NCBI RefSeq assembly: GCF_006345805.1
Contig: NW_021836497.1
Coordinates: 1-24,027, forward strand
DNA from: Octopus sinensis
Taxonomy: Eukaryota
Length of the DNA: 24,027 nt
Direction: 5' to 3'
The position numbers were made by a program, and so were the translations under genes. This document shows positions 10,851 through 22,860 of the stretch, piece after piece. How positions within the stretch are numbered: the stretch's first letter is position 1; every line of letters begins with the position of its first letter. Below the pieces are notes generated by a model. That model did no database searches. It was not told the origin of the DNA and saw nothing but the letters and a program-made list of their open reading frames with translations.

Positions 10851-11384
10851 GTAAAAGGTTTTTAAAATATTTCCGTACTACCAACATATGATGCGGTTCC
10901 ATTTATTATGTACGGAACCCTGGTATTGCACATGAGCTCGTTCCGTAAATTGTGATGAAATAATAAATGTATTCATAAAGTTAACATTACATACCTCATA
11001 GTACATTCAATGCACAACAACTGTATGATCCTGTAATGTGGAAACATGAAACAATATTAGAAGGCAGTGCCTAAAGTTTCCCCCCACTTCCTTGCAATTG
11101 ATAAATCCTGGTTGGAATTATAGCAAGAAATGTAACGAAATGATTATATCCTCGACAACAAATTTCTCGTACGTAATCGATTTAAACTTCAAACAGCGAA
11201 ACTGTGAATCGTAGAAATCAACCGCAATGAACAGCAATAAAGACATGATAAATATTTACAGAAACTAGACGCACTGTATGTAAATACATTATTATCTCCG
11301 CATTAACAAGTGCGTAAATCAAAGGAAAAATACTTGCGATACAGGAACAAGCTAAGATCATTACGAACGAATAACTTTATTACA

Positions 11385-11393
11385 TGTGTGTAT

Positions 11394-11457
<64 letters not shown>

Positions 11458-11516
11458 ATATATATATATATATTATATATATATATATACATATATATAT
11501 ATAGATATATATATAT

Positions 11517-11567
<51 letters not shown>

Positions 11568-11745
11568 TATATATGTATGTATGTATATTTATATATAATA
11601 TATATATATAGATATATATATAGATAGATAGATTCATTGATAGATACGCATATATGTCTATGTATGCATGCATGTATGTATGTATGTATGTATGTATGTA
11701 TGTATGTATGTATACATGTATGTATGTTTATATGTATGTACGTTT
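11385..11745. repeat. Compound (TA)n/(TATG)n microsatellite
   Basis: Directly visible. Confidence 0.95.
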
Positions 11746-11828
11746 CAGAGATATATTTATTTAGTTACTGATCTGAAACAGCGCGATGAAACTAAAACAA
11801 TTATAGCATAGGAGACACGCTCCCACTA

Positions 11829-11859
<31 letters not shown>

Positions 11860-12769
11860 TTGTATGTATATATGCATGTATGTGTATATGTAACATAGAT
11901 CATTGAATACAAAAATACAGATAACAAATTTTGTCTGTTGTGTTTATCCTTAAAAATTACATTATATCAAACTTGTTTCACTAGCTCCGACGTTATATAA
12001 TTTGGGACACATTATCCTTAAAACGGTGCTCCACATACCTTAATCGCCATATTTTAACTGCTTCCGCCAATTCTCGAAACTCGTGTCTCCGTTGGTAAAT
12101 GCGAATGTGAAGCAACTTAGAGATTATAGTAATCAGACAAAGAGAGAGACTAGCAGGTATTGTATAGTAGCTGCCATCTTATCTTCAGACAACTAAGCTG
12201 TTTGTTACCTAACAGTATCTCAGCTTTTAAGAAATCCTTGATTTCTGAGATTATACCCCCTTTTCATTCAGAATCGGTTATAAATACCACGTGGCGATAG
12301 TTTTGCCATATCTAGAAGCGGAGATGGTTTTAAGAAACCAAGGTTTTTATCCTGTATGGTATTCAATATCTCTCTATCGTCTTCATTATTAAACGCATGC
12401 CACTGTCTATTCTGAATCATCTGTCTTAATTCATTTTCTTTTAAATAAGAATTAAGAATTTAATAATATTAATGACAATACTGAGGAACCATTTGGCAAT
12501 GTAACATTAATATTATACTTGATACAACAATACCAAATAACAATAATGTTCTACAGGAGCGAACTAAAAGTTTATGGCTTTACACAGAACACCACTGTTG
12601 AATTAAAAGCATAATGACAGTAAAACATTGCCTATATCATCACAATTGTCATTAGAACAGTTGTAATGATACATAACCATTGTTTTGATATATTATAACA
12701 AAAGATGGGCATTGGCAAATTCAAGAAAACGAAGATATGTAAATTTATTAGGGAATCCTCATGTAGAAT

Positions 12770-13010
12770 TTGTGAACCTTTGACATTCATGTTGACCATC
12801 AGTATGTTTGTTAAACATGAATATTTTTGTTAAACCCAAACATAATTGTTAACCCTAAACATTCTCGTTAACCCTGGATACTTCTATGCATGTTTCCCAT
12901 TGGACATTTCTTGTTAACTTTGAATTGTTTTGTTAACCTTGAATATTTTCGTTAACCATAAATGAGAAGTTTGTTAATTTTTAAAAAATTCTATGCATGT
13001 TCACCAAGAT
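12770..13010. repeat. Degenerate 19-bp minisatellite (core GTTAAC) with a recurring tctatgcatgtt spacer
   Basis: Units start at 12807, 12826, 12845, 12864, then 12910, 12929, 12948. The spacer motif occurs at 12883 and 12990. Confidence 0.75.
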
Positions 13011-13224
13011 GTATTAAGTTCATGTTACATGGAAGAAAGCTCTTGATGTATTTCTCAAACCATGAATAATAAAGATAATTAAAAATATCAAGTTAATATC
13101 AATAGTTATTGCTTAACTGTTTTCTTTGTACTTCTTTTGGCCTCGAGTCCCACAGATGAGGGAAAATTTAATAATTCTTTTTATCATAAGTAAAATGCCT
13201 GAAATTTAGAGGAAAAGGCTTGAA

Positions 13225-13390
13225 GATTACGTCGACCCCAGTTCTCAAGCGGTTGTTATTTTTCAACCCGGAAACGATTAAATGCAAAGTCAAGCACGGC
13301 AGCATTGGGATTCAGGTCGTAAAGTGTCAGACGAAATGCCACTAAGCATTCTACCTGACGCCATAACGATTCAGCCATCTCGCAGCTTTC
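13225..13390 (-). mobile_element. Diverged SINE group C copy
   Basis: gtcgaccccagt...cagacgaaatgccactaagcatt...taacgattcagccatctcgc parallels 23760-23922. Confidence 0.7.
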
Positions 13391-13499
13391 AGAGGAAGTT
13401 AAATGATAATATATCGTTATATTTTAGCGTTAGCACACGGCTGTCACTAAACTCACATAAAGAATTACAATTCATCTGTGTTTGTTGTGATGCCAGTTA

Positions 13500-13640
13500 A
13501 TCTTCAGATCGAAAGAAGGGGCATTACCTTCCATTCTATTTTTCAACATGAAGCAGTTTCTTGGGTGGGATGAGATTTGAACATAGAATACAGAGATCCA
13601 AAGCAGACACCGCAAAGCATCTTGTCCGACCACACTAGAA
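13500..13640 (-). mobile_element. Highly diverged SINE group C-like fragment
   Basis: gggatgagatttgaacatagaatacagag...caccgcaaagcatcttgtccgac resembles the B-box/head region of group C. Confidence 0.4.
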
Positions 13641-14009
13641 ATTTTAACAATCCGGGTGACTGGATTGACACATTTCCTATTGGCCCTCGAAAGTATGAAA
13701 GCAAAGTTTACCACTTTTGGATTTGAACAAATAACACGAAGCAGTCTGTCTACAATTCTAACAACTGTAGCGACCAATTTCTGTTTATTACATGGCAGTA
13801 TTTTCTACCGTAGATAAGAAAATCGAATCAAATACATTTCTGAACCCAATGTGCTGAATCTTAAATTCAGGAGAGTTAGAATTGAGATTCCTATGTTTTT
13901 ATGGAAGCCAGCTAAAGATTTTTCGATTGAGAGCCATGTTAGCTCGGAATTTTGGAACTGAGTCGATATGTGTTCAGGGTATATAGTAAGATATATATAT
14001 CTTTTTACA

Positions 14010-14150
14010 ATGTATATTCATTACATTATTTACTTTTTACGGATATTTGTTCTCATCTTGTTTGTTGATAATACAACGTTTCGGCTGATGTACTCTCCAG
14101 CCTTTATCAGGTGTCGTGGGGGACTCATTCCTAAGGTATTTTTCTGATGT
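14010..14150 (-). mobile_element. Penelope-like element terminal remnant carrying a minimal hammerhead motif
   Basis: See the hammerhead at 14070-14115. The flanking acaaacaagatgagaacaaatatccg context is recalled from octopus PLE-like repeats and is not verified. Confidence 0.6.
14070..14115 (-). ncRNA. Minimal type I hammerhead ribozyme motif, probably inactive (G8>A)
   Basis: Minus strand: gacac CTGATAA a ggctg-gagagtacat-cagcc GAAA cgtt gtatt. The core is CUGANGA with G8>A, stem II is 5 bp, and stem III is the palindrome AACGTT. Confidence 0.65.
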
Positions 14151-14463
14151 TATTATTCAAATACAAAAATTCTTCTTTTTTCCCCGCCTTGAAAGGCCTC
14201 TAAGTTCTAAACAAACAAGTCTGACCATACCAATGCAAAACCCACGACTCTTTACTTACCCTTCCTTCTCAAATTTCTTTTTCTTTTCTCTTGGCAAACC
14301 CCACAAAATTACTTATATATAATAAAGCCAGGAAATCTAACTTTACACAATTGTTTGATAAATCCGATAAAGGAAGAAAGCGCTAAAATGTAAATAAAAT
14401 GTAAATAAAAATATATGTAATCATCCAACATTTTGACTATCTTATTATTTTAAATATATATAT

Positions 14464-14857
14464 ATAGGCGCAGGAGTGGCTGTGTGGTAAGTAGCTTGCT
14501 AACCTACCACATGGTTCTGGGTTCAGTCCCACTGCGTGGCATCTTGGGCAAGTGTCTTCTGCTATAGCCCCGGGCCGACCAATGCCTTGTGAGTGGATTT
14601 GGTAGATGGAAACTGAAAGAAGCCTGTCGTATATATGTATATATATATGTGTGTTTGTTTTTGTCCCCCTAGCAATGCTTGACAACCGATGCTGGTATGT
14701 TTAGGTCCCCGTCACCTAGCGAGTCCGGCAAAAGAGACCGATAGAATAAGTACTGGGCTTACAAAGAATAAGTCCCGGGGTCGATTTGCTCGACTAAAGG
14801 TGGTGCTCCAGCATGGCCGCAGTCAAATGACTGAAACAAGTAAAAGAGTAAAGAGAG
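14464..14857 (+). mobile_element. SINE group A (OR2-like CORE-SINE), well-preserved copy
   Basis: Head ggcgcaggagtggctgtgtggtaag, B-box-like gggttcagtccc, CORE-like cttgggcaagtgtctt, internal (TA/TG)n, tail agtcaaatgactgaaacaagtaaaagagtaaagag. Confidence 0.9.
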
Positions 14858-14908
<51 letters not shown>

Positions 14909-15008
14909 AGTATATGAAAGAATGGAGTTGAACGACTAGTTAACAAATGTCCTTTATTCTCGACATATGTTTCGAAGGCTTGCATATTCATTCAACAACT
15001 CAAATCAT

Positions 15009-15058
<50 letters not shown>

Positions 15059-15251
15059 ATAATATATATAACCGGAGGAAAAGAAATCGTTCAAAGGCGT
15101 GTGCTAAACATCCAATTCACTAGTACTTCAGTTGGATACATTATAATTATTGGTATACTTCAATTATAAAGATAAATTAGATATAGAGATATTCAACTGA
15201 CAATCCAATAATTTTTTTCTGATATACATAATCACAGTGCCATTATATATA

Positions 15252-16064
15252 TAGTCACTTCAGGATCTTTAGTTTATAAAAAGACGAAATTCCGTGTGAA
15301 AGGACGGCTGGATCTTTAAAATAAATTCAAATGTCTGTGTTATGAGCGTGAGCGTTAGCTATTCAACTGGTTATATATTTTTTGTTGCAGTTACACGCAG
15401 AAGACTTCGATACATAATTATATACATTTATATACACACGTATATTACTATCGTAAGTTGTGATGACAAGCAACTACCTTCGAAATGAGAGGGTTTCAAT
15501 TTGTATATGTTTGAGATAATGAAGTGTACTTCGATGGTTGTGGATTCTTTAGACTCCGCCGGTTACGACGACGAGGGTCCCAGCTGATACGATCAACGGA
15601 ACAGCTTGCTCGTGAAATTAACGTGCAAATGGCTGAGCATTCCACAGACACGTGTACCCTTAACGTAGTTCTCGGGGATAATCAGCGTGACACAGAGAGT
15701 GACAAGGCTGACCCTTTGAAATACAAGTACAACTCATTTTTGCCAGCTGAGTGGACTGGAGCAACGTGAAATAAAGTGTCTTGCTCAAGGACACAACGCG
15801 TCGCCGGGAATCGAACTCACAACCTTACGATCATGAGCCGAATGCCCTAACCACTAAGCCACGCGCCCTCACTGGTTGTGGATTACACTTACTTGATTGC
15901 ATGGTTTGTTAAATTGATTTTGTGTTTTTTTTAAATTGTAATTGATGTAATTTTGAATAGTTAATACACACGCTCATAGCATAGATATTTGCATTAACTT
16001 TCACAATCCATCTGTCCTTTCACACGGAATTTTGTCTTTTTCTAAACGAAACACCCTGAAGTGA

Positions 16065-16067
<3 letters not shown>
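15252..16067. mobile_element. Non-autonomous Tc1/mariner-like TIR element (62-bp TIRs, TA flanks) with a nested SINE
   Basis: Left 15252-15313 vs reverse complement of 16006-16067: 54/62 identical. Terminus CAGT (TAGT on the left); TA at 15250-15251 and 16068-16069. Confidence 0.8.
15547..15872 (-). mobile_element. tRNA-derived SINE group B with CORE-like body; 12-bp TSD
   Basis: Head ggcgcgtggcttagtggttagg, B box gagttcgattccc, body gtgtccttgagcaagacacttt. TSD tggttgtggatt at 15535-15546 and 15873-15884. Confidence 0.9.
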
Positions 16068-16111
<44 letters not shown>

Positions 16112-16368
16112 GGAAATGTTTATCAGAAAAAGTATATATATGTCGAAACAATTTTTGGCATTTTATAAATATCTATGTTATATAATATTTGTATATAATG
16201 TTATATAAAAATATATTCATAGTATATATGTAATATTGTAATATAAATAACTTATTGGATTGTCCATAGAATATCTCTATATTTAATTTATCTTCAATAT
16301 ATATATATGATATAACTTCATATCTCTGCTAATATAATGGATTTAAATCAATGGTATAGTAAAGTAGT

Positions 16369-16530
<162 letters not shown>

Positions 16531-16842
16531 AATACCTATGAGTGCTTGTGTGTGTTGTGTATATGCACACATGCATACACATTACAACGCACACCCAGAG
16601 ACGCACACGTATTCAGGCTCTGTCTCATATACACATTCGAAGATATACACACCACTCACCATTGCGCGCACAGAAACGCAACTGACTGTATTTTTGCCTC
16701 AATCTCAATGCACTTCAGTTAACCTTTTTCTATGTAAGCTGCGAGAGTCTACAAATTAGAACAGCTCATCTAATCGTGTGTTTGGCATGCGCTAGCGGCT
16801 AAGAATGCATTCGTGTTTTAAGTTATATACTCAGACATGTAA

Positions 16843-16878
<36 letters not shown>

Positions 16879-17035
16879 GCGTGCGTGTGTGTGTATGTAT
16901 GAATGTATATAAATGTATAGACGTATACATATACATATTTATATATATTATTTATATAATATATATATATATATATACTTATATATACATTCATATACAC
17001 ATACAACATGCAGAGTAGCTAAATATGTATTATAT

Positions 17036-17070
<35 letters not shown>

Positions 17071-17399
17071 GCAAATAAGGTGGAATATAATTAATTTAAT
17101 AAATTAATATATTTCACCCAGTAGGTTTTTATCGGTATGGAAAAGACCATATTTAGTAAGGGTTATAATAATTATAATTAAGCGTTAATTGCAACAAGTT
17201 GCTCAAAACCACATACCGAAAATATTAGAAACAGCAGCCAAAATTGATCACTATTTCCCCTACTAATAAAAAGTCTCCACAAACAAACAGAATTTGTAAC
17301 CTATATATGGCAAAAAAGGAAGAAAATAACGAAATATATATATATAAGATAGAAATATTATCATTTCTACATCTCTCAAAGAGAGATATTCGGTAACAG

Positions 17400-17547
17400 T
17401 AAAGGCTACTTGTCAACATAATGTGGCTGTACCACGATGTTACTGGTGTTTTAGACCCAAGAATCATCTTTCCTAGCTGACTATACCTCACAATATTTGT
17501 GCCCTTGTATTTCTGAAGTGGGGGTTCAGCACTCCTATCTGAGCTCC
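17400..17547 (-). pseudogene. Possible C-type-lectin-like exon remnant
   Basis: Acceptor ctgtttccttatatgttcgaacag|. Reads GAQIGVLNPHFRNTRAQIL*GIVS*ER*FLGLKHQ*, resembling the GA-x-L...WIGL segment of CTLDs. Confidence 0.3.
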
Positions 17548-17792
17548 CTGTTCGAACATATAAGGAAACAGATAGTGTGTCTTATAGCCAGCTACAAACG
17601 AACTTTCTTGGGATTAAAATAACAGTAACATCGCCCCATTCGGAGCAGCCGTATTATGTTAGCAAATAGCCATTACGTTTTATATATACTATATATATAT
17701 AGATATATATATATATATATAATATATATATATGCATGTACATACGTATCTATGAATATATTGTATACATGTATGAAGTTATGTGTGTTTAT

Positions 17793-18153
17793 GTGGATGC
17801 GTAAATGGCCCAGTGGTTAGTGCAGCGGACTCGCTGACATATGATCACGGTTTCGATTCCAAGACCAGGTGTTGTGAGTGTTTATTGAGCGAAAACACGA
17901 GGCTCCAACGGGACGTGTTGCCGAACCCTTCTGTACTCTTTCACCACAACTTTCTCTCACACTTTCTTCCTGTTTCTGTTGTACCCGTATTTCAAAGAGC
18001 CAGCCTTGTCACACACTGTGTCACGCTGAATCTCCATGAGAGCTACGTTAAGTGTACACGTGTCTGTTGTGGAGTGCTCAGCCACTTGCACGTTAATTTC
18101 ACGAGCAGCCTTGGACGAACTGTAACCCTCCTCATCTTAACCGACGAAGGGAG
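17793..18153 (+). mobile_element. SINE group B, apparent chimera
   Basis: The 5' part up to ~17977 matches the 7743-8064 copy; the part from ~17978 matches the tail of the 15547-15872 copy. Confidence 0.85.
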
Positions 18154-18245
18154 TATATGTATGTTTATGCATATAAATATTTACATATCTGTATAGCTAT
18201 ATATATGCACACAGGCACACACACGCTTATAATATATATGTTATT

Positions 18246-18299
<54 letters not shown>

Positions 18300-18617
18300 T
18301 ATATATTATATTATAATATACCGTACCCTGTTGATTTCCGATAGCACTATTTTATTAGCATTATATCTTACATTTAAAGTACTTTTTAAGTAAAATCTAT
18401 ACGTATATATGATTGATTAAATAGAATAATCTATCTCGATCGGTAAAACTGGAGACACAATACGTAGCCTTAAGTAATAGCATACGGATAACCAACACAC
18501 ATCCAACCCACTGGGACATAAGGAAGCAAGTGTGTGCGTGTGTGTGTACGTAACCTTTTCTGTATCTGTACGCATGTGTGTGCTTTACGTGTGCGTGTGT
18601 ACTTCCAGTGTGTATGT

Positions 18618-19010
18618 GTAGGCACAGGAGCGGCTGTGTGGTAAGTAGCTTCCGTAACAACCACATGTTTTCGGGTTAAGTCTCACTGCGTGGCACCTTG
18701 GCTAAGTGTCTTCTACTATAGCCTCGGGCCGACCAAAGCCTTGTGAGTGGATTTGGTAGACGGAAACTAAGAGAAGCCCATCGTGTATGTGTGTGTTTCC
18801 GTGTCCGTATTTGTCTCCCCACCATCGCTTGATAACCGATGTTGGTGTAGTTACGTTCCCGTAACCAAGCGGTTCAGCAAAAGAGCGATAAAATAAGTAC
18901 TAGGCTTGCAAAGAATAAGCCCAGGTGTCTATTTGTTCGACAAAAGGTAGTGCTCCAGCATGGCTGCGCTCAAATGACAAAAAAATAAAAGCATAAAAGA
19001 AATAAAAGAA
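18618..19010 (+). mobile_element. SINE group A copy
   Basis: Near-collinear with 14464-14857; A-rich tail aaaaataaaagcataaaagaaataaaagaa. Confidence 0.9.
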
Positions 19011-19320
19011 TATATATATCCATCTATATAGATATATATAAATATAAACATATATATACATATATGTATGTGTGTGTGTGTGTTGAGAACAGTGTACAGT
19101 ATTTTACTAAAAGGAAACTAATAATTGTCAATAAATATGACTAGGCTGTTAGAAACACCTACATTGCTAGAAATAAGAGTTAAAATACTTTAATGCACAA
19201 AATTGCATGCATATATACTGACGGACTATAATCGCCCTTGATCGGTGTTTTCGGGCGGTTATCTTCCTTATCATTTTATATGTATACAACTATGTCATTT
19301 GACTACAGCGTTAGTGCATT

Positions 19321-19342
19321 TTAGGGTTAGGGTTAGGGTTAG
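19321..19342 (+). repeat. Short interstitial (TTAGGG)3+TTAG
   Basis: ttagggttagggttagggttag is directly visible. Confidence 0.8.
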
Positions 19343-19400
19343 CTTTTATTTCTAGCAACGCAGATGTTTCGGACACCTAGCTATATTTAGTGACAATTGC

Positions 19401-19461
<61 letters not shown>

Positions 19462-20869
19462 GATGCCCCGTTATTTATACTAGGAAGTGAATCAGAAACG
19501 GAGCAAGTTCTGTATAAGTGACCATAAATAATTTACTGCTACGTCGAGGAAGTAGAGAATACTACGACAGTTGTGACTAGTTTAGTTTTATATACTAGCA
19601 GAACGTACTAGCTAGACCAGGGTTCTGTAAAGTAATCAATATTGAAATATGGGGATTCTGTGTTGATTGAAATGACTAAGTGTTAAGGGTGCTGAATATT
19701 TAGCAATCTTAATGTGTAAGGGCGTTGCTAAAAATCATTCATTTCTAGTCACATATATGTGCAATAACTAGTATTCACCAAACATACTTTTAACATTAAA
19801 TATTCTGATGATATAATATGACTGAAATATTTATTTTTTTTTTTCAATTTCCTTAGGTCTTTTACATATTTCTTACCAAAAAGCTGGGACTGACTGAAAA
19901 GAATGTGTTGTTATATCTAAAACACGAAAGTCTGTATTAACCGGCCTTTGTGTATAACTTGTTAAAAAATTTGTAGAATTTTACTATCGTCGTGACACAT
20001 TCCAGTAAGTATATATATGGATTAACTTAAATTATATGCGTAACTTTACATTTAGGATGGAACATAAATTTCCCATAATTCAACTGCTTCATGGTCATAG
20101 TAGAACAAAATAGAATGGCGTTGTCTCGGAGGATGGCGGGGGTAGATGCGAATGAATAGCATTCTTAATTACGGGGTTTGCACTTGTGAATAAGCATACT
20201 TTTTATTTCATATATGAAGTTTGCCGAAAATTGAGCTATACGCACATGATGTATGCTCACGTCAGAGAGATACTCAACCACACGACGAGCGAAGTGGTGG
20301 TAGTCACACACTTCTAGTGGGAAGCCGTAGTTTCGTATGAAAAAGTTGTATATAAATTTAGCTGAAACGACATATTAGTACATTTCGTGCGGCAACGTTG
20401 AGAAAACTTGGCGTGCGTGTACAGAGTGATGTTGGACACAGCATGTGAGAAACAAATGACTACGTTTATACATATATAAATGGGTGTTTGTGTGTGTATA
20501 AATGTGTCAATGTATATAAAAAGACAAACGAAGGATAATAAATAGTTTGATACAATGGAAATACAAAAACAAACAAACAAACATACATACATAACATACA
20601 TACATACATACATACATATATGAACAAAAACAAATGCATGTATACATGCGAAATATATATACATACGTATATGTATGTGCATATATAGGTAGATAGATAG
20701 ATAGATACACATATGTATACAGATACACGTGCATTAATATGTACAGGCGTATATATATACATACATACATACATACATACAGACATATATATATAAATAT
20801 ATATATATATATATCAGAAATACTAAATTCTAAATCTCGACTGGCGTAGACATGTACGGTGGTGGGGCG

Positions 20870-21037
20870 ATAGAATGGTTGTATACTGTCAATCTAACAC
20901 GAACGTGACTGTGTATAAGGACACAGGAAAATGTGTCAAAGCCATCAGGAGGCGTCGATGCTTCCTAGGGCTAAACAGCGGTGGTGTACCCCCTACTGTC
21001 ACGTTCGTGTTAGATTGACAGTATACAACCATTCTAT
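20870..21037. mobile_element. MITE-like fold-back element with perfect 40-bp inverted arms and an 88-nt structured spacer
   Basis: atagaatggttgtatactgtcaatctaacacgaacgtgac (20870-20909) is the exact reverse complement of 20998-21037. TA dinucleotides at both outer ends. Confidence 0.9.
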
Positions 21038-21330
21038 ATATATATATATATATATAAACGCATACAATTGCTTACATATAGATAGATACGCTAGTGTACA
21101 CACAGTTGTACAGGTATATGCAAATGATATGCATCTCTTTGTCTATGTAAGTGGGTTTATAAGCAGGGCGGTATTCTTTGATGTATATAATTTCCAACAC
21201 ACACTCACATACACAAATACGCACACGAAATCTTGAATATATTCCTCGCAGGAAGTTTGTTGAATCTACGATTCCATATTTCAAGTGAAGTATTTTAACA
21301 ATCACACATACAGATCCAGAGTACACATGG

Positions 21331-21375
<45 letters not shown>

Positions 21376-21649
21376 CACACACCCAGCACACACACACCAT
21401 ATGGACACGTACAAGTTATATATACGTTGTATGTAAATGTACAAATACCAAATACATATATATATATATAATAAATTAATAGATAAATAAAACATATGCA
21501 TATAATACATACATATATGTACGTACCTACCTCTACATGTATTTATAATGCATATATGGGTACAGGACACCAAAAAACGTAGACCAATGAGAATATATAT
21601 GTATCTATATGTCTGTGTGTGTATACATCTATCCATCTACATCTGTATC

Positions 21650-21990
21650 GGCCTCTCTATCTATCTATCTATTTATCTATCTATCTATTTATCAATATAT
21701 ATATACATACATACATACATACATACATACATACACACACATACATACATACATATACACACATACATACACACACACATACATACATACATACATACAT
21801 GCATACACATACATACATACATACACAGACATACATACATGCATACATACATACATACACGCATGCACATACATACATACATACATACTAATCTATGCGG
21901 CATCATTCACGCACAAGCAAACGCACACACACACGCACAAACACACACATACACACACACACTCACACACACACACACATACACACTGCT
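21650..21990. repeat. Compound (TATC)n-(CATA)n-(CA)n microsatellite
   Basis: Directly visible; source of the HT/IHTY ORFs. Confidence 0.95.
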
Positions 21991-22419
21991 ATCAGTAGAT
22001 TATTCCATGTAGAATCAACTTTGAATTGGTTTTCTTTTTTCATACCAATTTTGCTTTGTTGTTTCACTTTGATCTCAATTTCATTTCCTCGATCTGTCTT
22101 CTGAATGTTATTAATTCCCCGGCTTCACCATCCTTGTCTTCTGTCTGTGCCCGTCTGTCTAATCTCTCTCTCTCTCTTTCTTTCTCTCCCTTCTCTCTCT
22201 ATCTTTCGCCTTCTCTGTCTCTTCCACCGCTCGTTGTTCTATCTGCATAAGATCTTATATATTGTATGTGTATGGATATATATATATATATATATATGGA
22301 TGTATATATATATATATATATATATATGGATATATATATATATTATATATATATTATATATATATGATATCTAATATATGTATATATATATATGTATATA
22401 TATATATGCTATATATTAC

Positions 22420-22450
<31 letters not shown>

Positions 22451-22463
22451 ATATATTATAATT

Positions 22464-22494
<31 letters not shown>

Positions 22495-22684
22495 AAAGAT
22501 ATATTTATATAGTCTGGCAAATAGATAGGTAGATATAGATACACACACACAACTCATATATATATGTATATATGTAAACATAAATTTTATATATATATAT
22601 ATATATATACATGTGTGTGTATGCGTGTGTGAATGTCTGTGTGTATATATATTCATATATGTACGAATATGTGCAGATTACAAC

Positions 22685-22790
22685 TGGTATTATTGAAGCA
22701 CATATTTTCGTGTCAAACCCAATCAGGCCTCATTGTAGCTGATTTTTAGTGAAGCCCTCAATCATTTGGCAACTTGTGTCATATTCCCAT
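22685..22790 (-). pseudogene. Possible lectin-like exon remnant
   Basis: Acceptor actatcttttgtcag|. The phase-1 frame contains SYNEA*LGLTRK (EAWLGL if TGA derives from TGG). Confidence 0.25.
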
Positions 22791-22860
22791 CTGACAAAAG
22801 ATAGTGTATATACATAATACTTTGCATAACGCATTGCCTTACCGGTATTTATACAACAAA

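Noticed and set aside
11990-12200. Possible mariner transposase C-terminus (FENWRKQLK...KVCGAPF*G*) on the minus strand
   Set aside because: No TIRs found, and it may equally be a continuation of the 12.2-12.7 kb coding-like remnant; too ambiguous.
12807-12966. CRISPR-like array
   Set aside because: The units are contiguous and degenerate with no unique spacers, and the context is eukaryotic.
15100-15170. Two short hairpins sharing tacttca
   Set aside because: Stems of 6-8 bp in AT-rich DNA are expected by chance.
20910-20997. Possible hammerhead or other ribozyme in the MITE spacer (minus-strand ctgatgg)
   Set aside because: Lacks CUGANGA followed by stem II and GAAA; no complete catalytic core on either strand.
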